From: an uncultured Planctomycetota bacterium
Lineage (GTDB): Bacteria; Planctomycetota; Planctomycetia; Isosphaerales; Isosphaeraceae
Reading direction: 5' to 3'
Length of the DNA: 64,000 nt
NCBI GenBank assembly: GCA_963823665.1
Contig: CAWGMQ010000005.1
Span: forward strand, 448,001-512,000
Position 1 is the stretch's first letter, and each line of letters starts with the position of its first letter. A program made the position numbers and the translations under genes. Below the pieces are notes generated by a model, which saw only the letters and a list, made by a program, of their open reading frames with translations, was not told the origin of the DNA and searched no databases. Shown in pieces: positions 22,387-32,330 of the stretch.

Positions 22387-23880
22387 TTGATTGATCGGGA
22401 TGCGTTTCGTGGATTGCCGGCGGTGGGTGCGTTGATCGAGCACGAGGTGTTGGAGTGCGCGGTGCGCACCCGCGGGCGGGCTGCTGTTGTTCGGGCGGTG
22501 CGGGCGGCGATTGAGGAGGCGCGCGAAGGGTTGCGCGCGGGGCGGCGGATCGCCGGGGATCTGCAGAGCCTGGCGGGGCGATCGATTCAGATCCTGGAGA
22601 GGGAGCGGGCGAGTATCCGGCCGGTGATCAACGCGACGGGCGTGTTGCTGCACACCGGGCTCGGAAGGGCGCCGCTGGCGCGTGAAGCGATCGAGGCGGT
22701 GGTTGCCGTCGCACGGGGTTACTGCAACCTGGAACTCGACCTCGAAGACGGCGAGCGCGGCCGGCGCACCACGGGAATCGAGCGACTGATTCGCGAATTG
22801 ACGGGGGCCGAGGCAGCGACGGCCGTGAACAACAACGCCGGAGCGACCGTGCTGGTACTCAAAGCTCTGGCGGCGGGGCGAGAGGTGATTGTGTCGCGCG
22901 GGGAGCTCGTCGAAATCGGTGGGAGCTTCCGACTGCCGGAGATTCTGGAGGCTTCCGGAGCAAAGCTTCGCGAGGTGGGCACAACCAACAAGACGCGGCT
23001 GACGGACTACGAGCGCGCAATAGGCCCCGAGACGGCGGCGATTCTGCGGGTGCACCGGAGCAATTTCGAGATCGTTGGATTCACCGAGGCGCCGGAGTTA
23101 CGTGCGCTCGTGCGGCTGGCCCACGATCGGGGGATCTGGGCGATCGACGACATTGGCTCGGGAGCGATCGATCCCGACACGCTTCCTCCGCCGGCCGCTG
23201 ACGAGCCAACGGCCGCCGGGAGCATCAGGGCCGGGGCGGACGTTGTGCTGTTCTCGGGTGACAAGCTGCTGGGCGGGCCCCAGTGCGGCGTGATCGCCGG
23301 CACGAAGCGCGCGATCGAAAAGATCGAGTCGGATCCTCTCATGCGAGCGCTGCGGCTCGACAAGATGGTGCTGGCCGCGCTCGAGGCGACGTTGCGGCTG
23401 GCGCTCGACCCGGAGCGAGCGGCGAGGGAGATTCCGCTGTGGTCGATGGCGGCGGTGCCGGTGGATGTTCTTGCGAGTCGTGCGGCCAGTTTGGCCCGAG
23501 TATTGTGTGATCGGTTTGGCTATCGCGCAGAGTGCGTGCCGTCGGATTCGTTCCTGGGGGGCGGGAGTGCGCCGATACGGGTGATTCCATCGGCGGCCGT
23601 GGCGATTTCGGCGCCGTTTCCGGCTGGCGCTCAGTCGGAAGCGGGGCTGGCGATGGCGCTTCGGGGCGGCGATCCGCCGGTGATTGCGCGGGTTCAGAAG
23701 GGGGCTGTGTTACTCGACCTGCGGACGGTCCCGAATGAGTGTGAGGCAGAGCTTCTCGACGCGCTTGGGAAAGTCTGTCATGATCGGATGGGCGCGGAGG
23801 CTGGACGTGGCACCGGCGATGACGGTGAGGGCTTGAGGGACGTCGGGACGAAGGCTGACCTACTGGAATCGTCAGGCTGA
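22387..23880 (+). CDS. selA: L-seryl-tRNA(Sec) selenium transferase
   Basis: RPVINATGVLLHTGLGRAPL, VNNNAGA, VSRGELVEIGGSFRLP, EVGTTNKT, PLP lysine motif FSGDKLLGGPQ, LLDLRTV. Confidence 0.95.
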   Translation: MIDRDAFRGLPAVGALIEHEVLECAVRTRGRAAVVRAVRAAIEEAREGLRAGRRIAGDLQSLAGRSIQILERERASIRPVINATGVLLHTGLGRAPLAREAIEAVVAVARGYCNLELDLEDGERGRRTTGIERLIRELTGAEAATAVNNNAGATVLVLKALAAGREVIVSRGELVEIGGSFRLPEILEASGAKLREVGTTNKTRLTDYERAIGPETAAILRVHRSNFEIVGFTEAPELRALVRLAHDRGIWAIDDIGSGAIDPDTLPPPAADEPTAAGSIRAGADVVLFSGDKLLGGPQCGVIAGTKRAIEKIESDPLMRALRLDKMVLAALEATLRLALDPERAAREIPLWSMAAVPVDVLASRAASLARVLCDRFGYRAECVPSDSFLGGGSAPIRVIPSAAVAISAPFPAGAQSEAGLAMALRGGDPPVIARVQKGAVLLDLRTVPNECEAELLDALGKVCHDRMGAEAGRGTGDDGEGLRDVGTKADLLESSG

Positions 23881-23921
23881 AGCCTGACCTACAACAATCG
23901 TCAGGCTGAAGCCTGTCCTAC
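23851..23921 (-). repeat. GTAG-family REP cluster (two full copies and one partial)
   Basis: GTCAGGCTGAAGCCTGACCTAC at 23871, GTCAGGCTGAAGCCTGTCCTAC at 23900, partial at 23851. Confidence 0.8.
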
Positions 23922-23944
23922 GAGGGTTTGAAGAGGAGTGCCGG

Positions 23945-24919
23945 ATGCGCATTTGCCGGTTTGGGTATGACGAAATGGTGCTCACCGGGTTTTACGCGGA
24001 TGACCATGTGATTCCCGTCGATCAGGCTGCCGAGGCCTTTAGCCGCGATACCGGTGTAGAGCTGTTGCTTCCGTCAACGGAGGATGTGCTCGACCTGCTG
24101 CCTCCGGATGGGTCGTCGTATGAAGCGGCGTGCGAGCTGTATGCGTGGGTTGAGAAGCTCGATTACGTCGATCGCGAGGAGTTCTTGATTCCGATCGCGG
24201 AGGTTCGGCTGCTGGTGCCGATTGCGAGCCCGCCCAAGATGTTTTTTCTGGCGGGGAACTACGCCAAGCACGTTGCCGAGCGCGGGGGAGTCGCGGCCGA
24301 GCGCGAGGAGACCTTTCCATACGTATTCATGAAGCCAGCGAGCACGACGCTGACGCACCCCGGTGATCCAATCGTGATTCCCCGGGTCTCGCCCGACCAG
24401 ATCGACTGGGAATGTGAGCTGGGGATTGTGATCGGCAGGCGGTGCCGGCACGTCGACGAGGACGAGGCAATGGCGTGCATTGCGGGGTACACGGTGGTAA
24501 ACGACATCAGCGACCGTGCATACCGGCCCAATCCCAAGCGGAAACCGCGCGAGCGCGACAAGTTTTTTGACTGGCAGCACGGCAAGTGGCACGACACATT
24601 TTGTCCGATGGGCCCGTGCGTGCTGGCGGCCGACGTGGTGGCGGACCCGCAGACGCTGCCGATCAAGCTTCTGGTCAACGGGCAGGTGAAGCAAGACGCG
24701 TCAACGGCCGAGATGGTGTTTCCGGTGCCGGCGATCGTGGCGTTCCTTTCGGAGCTGGTGACGCTTCAGCCGGGGGATGTGATCGCGACGGGCACTCCAT
24801 CGGGCGTGGGCTCTGCGACCGGGACATTTCTCAAGCCCGGCGACGTGGTGCGCGCGACGATCGAGCCGATCGGCACGCTCGAGAATCCCGTCGAAGCCGA
24901 GGAAGATGAAGACCTTTGA
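23945..24919 (+). CDS. Fumarylacetoacetate hydrolase family protein
   Basis: IDWECELGIVIG, YTVVNDISDR, GKWHDTFCPMGP, LQPGDVIATGTPSGVG. Confidence 0.92.
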   Translation: MRICRFGYDEMVLTGFYADDHVIPVDQAAEAFSRDTGVELLLPSTEDVLDLLPPDGSSYEAACELYAWVEKLDYVDREEFLIPIAEVRLLVPIASPPKMFFLAGNYAKHVAERGGVAAEREETFPYVFMKPASTTLTHPGDPIVIPRVSPDQIDWECELGIVIGRRCRHVDEDEAMACIAGYTVVNDISDRAYRPNPKRKPRERDKFFDWQHGKWHDTFCPMGPCVLAADVVADPQTLPIKLLVNGQVKQDASTAEMVFPVPAIVAFLSELVTLQPGDVIATGTPSGVGSATGTFLKPGDVVRATIEPIGTLENPVEAEEDEDL

Positions 24920-27900
24920 TGACTGTCTTTCGCAAGTTGATGGTCGCCAATCGCGGCGAGATCGCGATCCGCGTCTTCCGGTCGTGCCATGAGCTCGGCA
25001 TCCGGACCGTGGCGATCTATTCGCACGAGGACCGGTTCGCCCTTCATCGACTGAAGGCGGACGAGGCATACGAGGTTGGCACGCCGGGCGAGCCGATTCG
25101 CAGCTACTTGAGCATCGATGCGATCATCGAGCTGGCCAAGGCGAAGGAAGTGGACGCGATTCATCCCGGATACGGGTTCCTTTCGGAGAATGCCGGGTTC
25201 GCGCGGGCGTGCGCCGTGGCAGGGATTGTGTTTGTCGGCCCGCGGCCGGAGCAGCTCGACCAGCTTGGCGACAAGGTGGCGGCGCGAAAGCTGGCGCGGG
25301 AGGCGGGCATTCCGGTGCTATCGGGGAGCGACGAGCCGGTGATGCCCGGAGCCGCTGCACAAGAGCTGGCGCAAACGCTCGGTCTTCCGGTGATCGTGAA
25401 GGCGTCGATGGGGGGCGGAGGGCGGGGGATGCGGGTGGTCGAGTCGGCCGCGGATCTCGATGCGGCGCTTGACCAGGCGCGGCGGGAGGCAGGCGCGGCG
25501 TTCGGCGTTCCCGACGTATTCATCGAAAAGTTCGTGCGCAAGGCCAAGCACATCGAGGTGCAAATCCTGGGAGACAAGCATGGCGGGCTCGTGCATCTGT
25601 ACGAGCGCGACTGCTCGGTGCAGCGGCGGCACCAGAAGATCGTCGAGATGGCGCCTGCGTACAACTTCGACCCGGCCGTGCGCGAGGCGATTTGCGATGC
25701 GGCGGTGAAGCTTGGGCGAGCCGTCGGGTACGAGAACGCGGGAACGGTCGAATTCCTGGTGGACGTGGAGACCGGTGCGTTCTATTTCATCGAGGTGAAC
25801 CCACGGATCCAGGTGGAGCACACGGTCACGGAGATGGTGACCAACATCGATCTGGTCAAGAGCCAGATCCTGATTGCCGCGGGGTTGCCGCTGGCTGACC
25901 CGGAAATCGACCTGGCATCGCAGGACCGGGTGCAGGTGCAGGGGTACGCGATCCAGTGCCGGGTGACGACTGAAGACCCCGAGAACAAGTTCACACCCGA
26001 TTATGGGAGGATCACGCATTACCGGTCCGTGGGCGGGCTGGGCATCCGGATCGACGGGGGCCCGGCGGTGACCGGAGGGATCATCACGCCGTTTTACGAC
26101 TCGCTGCTCGTGAAGATCTGTGCATCCGGGCGCCGGTTCATCGACGCGGCCCGGCGCATGGAGCGGGCGCTCGAGGAGTTCCGCGTGCGGGGGGTGAAGA
26201 CCAACATTCCGTTCCTGCTCAACTTGCTGGCGAGCCCGGATTTCCTGGCGGGGAGCTGCACGACGCGGTTCATCGATGAGAACCCGGAGCTGTTCCGGTT
26301 TCCGGTTCGCCAGAATCGAGCGATGCGGCTGCTGACGTATGCGGCAGAGATCACGGTGAACGGTTTTCCGGGGGTCGCGAGGCCGCCGGGGCTGGCCGTA
26401 GCACCGGAACCGCGGGCGCCGCGGGCTGGTCCGGAGGCGCCGCCGCCAGGCTCGAGGCAGAAGTTTCTGGAGATGGGGGCGGAGGCATTTTCGCGGTATG
26501 TCCGCGAGCAAGAGCCGCTTTTCGTGACCGATACGACCTTTCGCGACGCCCATCAATCGCTGCTGGCGACGCGGGTGCGCACCCGGGACATGCTGCGAGT
26601 GGCCGACGCTTATGCGCGGCTGTGTGCGGGCGTTTTTTCGATCGAGATGTGGGGAGGAGCCACCTTCGACACGGCGATGCGGTTCCTGAAGGAAGACCCG
26701 TGGGAACGGCTGGCGCAGCTTCGGGAGAGGATCCCCAACATCCTGTTTCAGATGCTATTGCGGGGGTCGAACGCGGTCGGCTACACGAGCTACCCGGACA
26801 ACGTGGTGAAGGGTTTCGTCAAGGAGTCGGCTTCCGCCGGTATCGATCTCTTTCGCGTTTTTGACTCGCTCAACTGGGTGCCCAACATGGAGCTCTCGAT
26901 CGAGTCGGTGCGCGAGGCCGGCGCGATCTGCGAAGCGGCGATCTGCTACACGGCCGATATCCTGAACCCCGCGCTTACGAAGTACACTCTGGCGTATTAT
27001 GTGGACCTCGCGAAGGAGCTGGAGAAGCGCGGGGCGAACATGATTGCGATCAAGGACATGGCCGGCCTGTGCAAGCCCAAGGCGGCGGAGCGATTGATCG
27101 CCGCGCTAAGGCAGGAAGTCGGCTTACCCATTCATTTCCATACACATGATATTGGAGGTGCGCAGGCGGCGAGCGTGCTGCTGGCGGCGGAGGTGGGTCT
27201 GGATATTGCCGACGGCGCCATCGCCTCGATGGCGGGACTGACCTCGCAGCCGAGCTTGAATGCGATCGTCGAGTCGCTGCGATTTACGCCGCGAGAGACG
27301 GGCATCGACCCGGCGGCGCTCGTCGAGATGAGCCGGTACTGGGCGGAAGTGCGCGAGCTGTACGGGCCGTTCGAGTCCGGGCCGCGGTCCCCTTCGGCCG
27401 ATCTGTACGCGCTCGAGATGCCAGGGGGCCAGTACACGAACTTGTTCCAGCAAGCCAAGGCGCTCGGGCTGGCTTCGCGCTGGCTGGAGGTGTGCGAGGC
27501 GTATTCGCGCGTGAATGAGCTCTTCGGGAACATCATCAAGGTGACGCCGAGCTCGAAGGTGGTCGGGGACATGGCGCTCTTCGTTGTGGCGAACAACCTG
27601 ACTTCCGAGGACGTGCTTGATCCGGAGCGGGAGCTGGCGTTTCCCGAGAGCGTGGTGGAGTTTTTCGAGGGCCGGCTTGGGCAACCGCCGGGCGGTTTTC
27701 CGAAGGCGCTTCAGGCCAGGGTGCTGAAGGGGCGCAAGCCGCTCGAGGAGCGGCCGGGTGCCCGGCTGGCAGCCGCGGACATGGCGCTGCGCGCGAGAAA
27801 GCGTCGGCACTGCTGGGCCGGGAAGCAACTGATCGGGACGCGCTCAGCTATCTGCTTTATCCGCGAGTGTTTCCCGATCTGGCTGCACACGAGCGCACGT

Positions 27901-28367
27901 ATGCCGACACGTCGATCCTGCCGACGTCAATCTTCTTTTTCGGCCCGGACCTGGGTGTGGAGCACCCGGTCGAGATCGAGCCGGGGAAGACGCTCATCGT
28001 GAAGCTGCTGGCGGTGGGTGAGCCGCACGCCGACGGGATGCGCACGGTCTTTTTCGAGCTGAACGGGCAGCCGCGCGAGGTTGAGGTGGCAGACCGATCG
28101 CTGGCCTCGTCGGTGCGGGAGGTACCGATGGCGGATCAGGGCGATCCGGGCCAGGTGGGCTCGCCGCTGCCGGGGTTGGTGGTGGGGGTGGCAGTCGGAC
28201 CCGGAGACGCGGTGCGGAAGGGGCAGAAGCTGCTTTCGATCGAATCCATGAAGATGGAATCGACAATCTACGCGGAGAGCCCTGGCCGGGTGGTGGATGT
28301 GCTGGCGATTGTGGGCCGCCAGGTGAAAGCCGGAGAATTGCTGGTAAGGCTCAGCCTCGAGAAATGA
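24919..28367 (+). CDS. pyc: Pyruvate carboxylase (one frameshift near 27790, probably a sequencing error)
   Basis: BC domain (VANRGEIAIR, GGGGRGMR, ERDCSVQRRHQK), CT domain (TDTTFRDAHQSLLATR, WGGATFD, HFHTHD), and biotinyl domain ESMKMES in the second frame. Confidence 0.93.
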
Positions 28368-29668
28368 GCGTGGCGGTGAAGCAGACAACTGTGAGGTGGT
28401 GGACGGCACACAGAGTGTGCCTGCTACTGGGAAGGCTCTGGAAAGGAATGGGCGCGGCCTGCGACAATGTTCCAGAGGGCCATGACGGGTTTGCCAGGCA
28501 ACTCCGCGGAATGTCCGTACGAGGTGGTGACGTGAGATCAAGCTCATCGAAGAATAATTGGTCGCCGCAGGGAGACGCCGGTGCCGATCGTCCAGACGAA
28601 GGGCGCCCCGATATCGAAATTGATGCGAAGGCTCAAACGATCCGGGTCTCTGATGCACGGCTCATCAATGCGGGGCAGCGCGGATTTTGCCGCAGGCTGC
28701 TCGAAGCCGCGGCGCGGCGGCCGGGGATCGGCAAGGCGGAGGTCGACCTTTCCTTGGCGTCATGCCGGATCGAGTTTACCGGCAAGGCTACGAGCTCGCA
28801 AACGATGGCCGAGTTCTTCGCGGACTGCGTGCAAGAGGCGGCGAGGGGATTTCCGGACCGCGAAAAGAAGCTGTTCGGGCGGACGAGCCACGGCTGGACC
28901 AAGATGACGGCGTATCCGCTTGCGAGTGATATCTCGCTGTGGGAGACCTTCGACGCCAAGAGAGATCGGGTGAAGCTGCGGCATCAATGGCCGGAGGGGG
29001 GTGATCGCCAGTTGCCGCTCATGGCCGAGGCGATTTCGCGCCTGGGTGATGTGGAGCGCTGCGAGGCGAATCATCGATCGCGGAGCCTGACCGTGGATTT
29101 CCGGCATGCCCACAAGGAGCTGAATGGGTTCATGGATCAAGCGGAGCGAAGCTTCGAGGAACTACTGGCGAAGGCGACGAAAGCGGGGGCGGGCGATTCC
29201 GATCTGGTGCCACGCGAGGCCCTGGGGCGGGTCGAAGTTGAGACGGGGCCGAAGCGAGTCTTGTATCTGACGCTAGCGGGGGGCTCGTTTGCGATGACCC
29301 TGGTCGGGCTGGTCATTCCCGGCATTCCGACGGTGCCGTTCTTGCTGGCGACGAGCTATTTTCTGGCGCGGTCGTCGCCCTGGCTCGACCAGAAACTTCG
29401 CGACTCGGCGTACTTCGGTTCGATCGTGACCGAGTGGGAAGAGCATGGTGGGCTTGGTCGGCGCTCGAAAGCCAAGCTGGTGGCGCTCACGGGAGTGATC
29501 GTGGTGGTCGCGATTCTGGTGAGCCCGCTGTCACTCATGGCGATCATCCTGCTGATCGTGATTTCGTCGCTCACTGCGTACGGAGTGTATCGGCTCCCGG
29601 GACTTGAGAGTGAGCGCGGCGAGAAGCTCTCGCCCGGCAGGCCGCGGCTGGCTCTACCGGCTCCGTGA
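28364..29668 (+). CDS. DUF454/YbaN-family membrane protein with a long soluble N-terminal extension (true start probably downstream)
   Basis: C-terminal GLVIPGIPTVPFLLATSYFLARSSPWL...EWEEHGGLGRRSK matches the YbaN pattern. Confidence 0.7.
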   Translation: MSVAVKQTTVRWWTAHRVCLLLGRLWKGMGAACDNVPEGHDGFARQLRGMSVRGGDVRSSSSKNNWSPQGDAGADRPDEGRPDIEIDAKAQTIRVSDARLINAGQRGFCRRLLEAAARRPGIGKAEVDLSLASCRIEFTGKATSSQTMAEFFADCVQEAARGFPDREKKLFGRTSHGWTKMTAYPLASDISLWETFDAKRDRVKLRHQWPEGGDRQLPLMAEAISRLGDVERCEANHRSRSLTVDFRHAHKELNGFMDQAERSFEELLAKATKAGAGDSDLVPREALGRVEVETGPKRVLYLTLAGGSFAMTLVGLVIPGIPTVPFLLATSYFLARSSPWLDQKLRDSAYFGSIVTEWEEHGGLGRRSKAKLVALTGVIVVVAILVSPLSLMAIILLIVISSLTAYGVYRLPGLESERGEKLSPGRPRLALPAP

Positions 29669-29704
29669 TCCAGATCTGGCGATTCGATTCCACCGGGAAG
29701 CTCA

Positions 29705-30496
29705 GTGACGTTGACTGAGGACGCTCTGCCAAAGACGAGCTGGCCATTCGTGCGGACGATGGTGGAGTGTGACGTGGTTCAATCGACGAACGACGTCGCG
29801 GCCCTGCTCGTCCGCACGGGGGCTCTAACGCTGCCGCTGGCGGTGTGGGCGCACCGGCAGACGCGAGGGCGGGGACGAGGCAGCCACGAGTGGTGGTCGG
29901 ACGAGGGTAGCTTGACGTTCACGATCGCGATCGATCCGGCCGCGCACAACCTTGGGCAGTTGGCCGTACCCCGAGTGGCCGTTGCGACCGCGGTGACGGT
30001 GATTGACGCGGTTCGCGAGCTGGGCTTCCCGGAGCACGGCTTGGGGATCCGATGGCCGAACGACGTGGAATGCGGCGGGAAGAAGCTTGGTGGGATCTTG
30101 CCCGAAACGGTGGCGCTCTTGGACGGGGAGCGTCTACTGATCGGGGTCGGGCTGAACGTGCAGACGAAACTGGACGAGGCACCTGCAGAGGTGAGGGAAA
30201 TGGCCGCTTCGCTAGCGACGGTTTCGTCGGGTTCCATCGAGGGGGAGATTCGGGCGCGGCTGCTTGCCGCGATCCTGGGACGATTCGAGGAGACACTGAG
30301 GCAGCTGGCGTCGGCGGACGCCGGACTGGCGGCGCGATGGAACGAGCTCGATGTGCTCCGCGAGCGAGAGCTTTGTGTCGACGTGGGCACGCACCTGGTT
30401 CAAGGGCGAGGACGTGGGATCGACTCCGACGGTGCACTGTGCGTCGACGACGGGCGGACGACCGTCAGGCTTTTCGGAGGGACGGTCCTCCGATGA
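29705..30496 (+). CDS. birA: Biotin--[carboxylase] ligase
   Basis: STND, QTRGRGRG, WPNDV...GKKLGGIL, IGVGLNV, GIDSDGAL; lies next to pyc. Confidence 0.9.
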   Translation: MTLTEDALPKTSWPFVRTMVECDVVQSTNDVAALLVRTGALTLPLAVWAHRQTRGRGRGSHEWWSDEGSLTFTIAIDPAAHNLGQLAVPRVAVATAVTVIDAVRELGFPEHGLGIRWPNDVECGGKKLGGILPETVALLDGERLLIGVGLNVQTKLDEAPAEVREMAASLATVSSGSIEGEIRARLLAAILGRFEETLRQLASADAGLAARWNELDVLRERELCVDVGTHLVQGRGRGIDSDGALCVDDGRTTVRLFGGTVLR

Positions 30497-30688
30497 CGTT
30501 GTTTCGAAAAAGCGGTCTCGGCGCTTCGCCCCTGGGCCGAGTAACCTGGAAAGGAAGCGAGAAGTCGACGGAGCGTGCCGGGACGATTCTCAATGAAGCT
30601 AGCCGCACTGGCTTCGAGGGAAGAGCGCTGGCACGGTCGCTTGGTCGAATCCCACAGCCAGGGTTTCTCGCCGCTGCTTCCGGAGGAG

Positions 30689-31435
30689 ATGAGCGTGTCG
30701 AAATCGACTCCGGAGCGGACCTCCTCGGGTCAATTCCCATCGACCCACTGGAGCCGCGTGGTCGCGGCTGGTGGCGCGGGCGGTCCAAAGGCACGGGAGT
30801 CGCTGGCAGCGCTTTGTAATGCGTACTGGTACCCGCTTTACGCCTATATCCGGCGGCGGGGTTATTCCAGCGAGCAGGCCCAGGACTTGACGCAGGATTT
30901 CTTTACACGAATTCTCGAAAAGGGTCTGTTCGCGGAGGCCGACCCCGGGCGAGGTCGATTTCGATCATTCTTACGCACGGTCTGTTCACATTATTTGACG
31001 AATCGGCGTGCCACGGCGAAGACTTTGAAACGAGGAGGGGGCCGGCCCGCGATCTCGATTGACGCGGCGGGTGCGGAGGGGCGTTATTCGCGCGAGCTTG
31101 CACATCACCTTACTCCGGAGCGCATTTTCGACCGAACGTGGGCGCTGACGTTGCTCGGCAGGGTATTCAGCCAGGTCCGGCGCGAATATGAGGACGCGGG
31201 ACGCGCTGAGACTTTCGAGGCACTTCAGGTTTTTCTCACCGACGGGACTCGAGCGGCGTCGCACGCCGCAACGGCACGCAAGCTGGGAATCACGGAAGGT
31301 GCGGTCAGAGTGGCCGTGCACCGTCTCCGTCGCCGTTACGGCGACATACTCCGCCGCGAGATTGCCGCCACGCTTGACGATCCGGCGCAGATCGATGACG
31401 AGATCCAGGGCCTGTTTACAGCGATTGAGACTTGA
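30689..31435 (+). CDS. ECF sigma factor
   Basis: FPSTHWSRV...YWYPLYAYIRRRG...AQDLTQDFF...RGRFRSFL...AVRVAVHRLRRRY; GGAGGAG RBS before ATG 30689. Confidence 0.9.
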   Translation: MSVSKSTPERTSSGQFPSTHWSRVVAAGGAGGPKARESLAALCNAYWYPLYAYIRRRGYSSEQAQDLTQDFFTRILEKGLFAEADPGRGRFRSFLRTVCSHYLTNRRATAKTLKRGGGRPAISIDAAGAEGRYSRELAHHLTPERIFDRTWALTLLGRVFSQVRREYEDAGRAETFEALQVFLTDGTRAASHAATARKLGITEGAVRVAVHRLRRRYGDILRREIAATLDDPAQIDDEIQGLFTAIET

Positions 31436-31634
31436 GCGGGCATTAAAGTTTGAAACCGGCGGTAACATTTCACGTGATTTCCTTGACACTATAGTAAGGG
31501 AACGACTGGGAGTGCGCGCGACCGAGCTCGATCGGCTGCTCGCGAATCTCAGAGCCGCGGCTCGAGTCGAGTTACGGCTGAACAGGGCATGCCGCCGGCC
31601 AATGGCTGCCCCGAAGAGGGGTGGTCCCCGCTTC

Positions 31635-32269
31635 ATGAAAAAGCAACCGGTTGAACTGATGTCCCGCGCCGAGCAGGCCAAGGCGAGGCGCTGGGGGAAA
31701 TCTGCGACCAGTATCGCAACTACTTACGCGTGGTTGTGCGCGCTGAATTAAAGTCGCGGTTGCGGGAGCGCGTGGAGTTATCGGATGTGGTCCAGGAGGT
31801 TCTGGTCGAGGTCGTGCGCCAGTTTCCCAGCTTCACCGGCGAGAATGAGACCGCGCTCTTGGGGTGGATGCGGCGTTTGATCGCGCAAAAGCTGGCGGAT
31901 CTGGGCCGGTATCACAATCGGCTGAAGCGTGGAGGAGGAGTCTTTCCCGTCTCGCTTGACCGCGAATTCGATCTCGGCAGTTCTCGGAACGCGCAGGAGG
32001 GGGGCGAGGTACGTCGTCGCGACATCCTGGCACTGAGCCAGACGAGCCCGAGCGAGGCCGCCAGTCTGCGTGAACAAACGGGATTGTTGACCGGGACATT
32101 GGCGAGTCTTCCCCCGTCGGAAGCCGAGGTTCTCTGGCTGCATCACGCGGAGGGTCTTTCGTTCTCGACGATCAGCGAGCGGCTGGGTCTGAGCCGCAAG
32201 CGGATTCGTGTGATCTGGGCCAGAGGGCTGCGATCGGTGAGGCGGTCGATGGGCGGACAGGCGACTTGA
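31635..32269 (+). CDS. ECF sigma factor (frameshift near 31670)
   Basis: [12 protein letters not shown] joins [24 protein letters not shown]...SDVVQEV...SQTSPSEAA...[13 protein letters not shown]. Confidence 0.82.
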
Positions 32270-32330
32270 GACCGAGTATCATGAAGTATGGCGTCGCCCA
32301 CGAGACAAGGCTTCGAAGAGATCCACGGCC

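Noticed and set aside
22387..30496. Selenoprotein (in-frame TGA) near selA
   Set aside because: I found no gene in the window that resumes homologous sequence in frame after a TGA.
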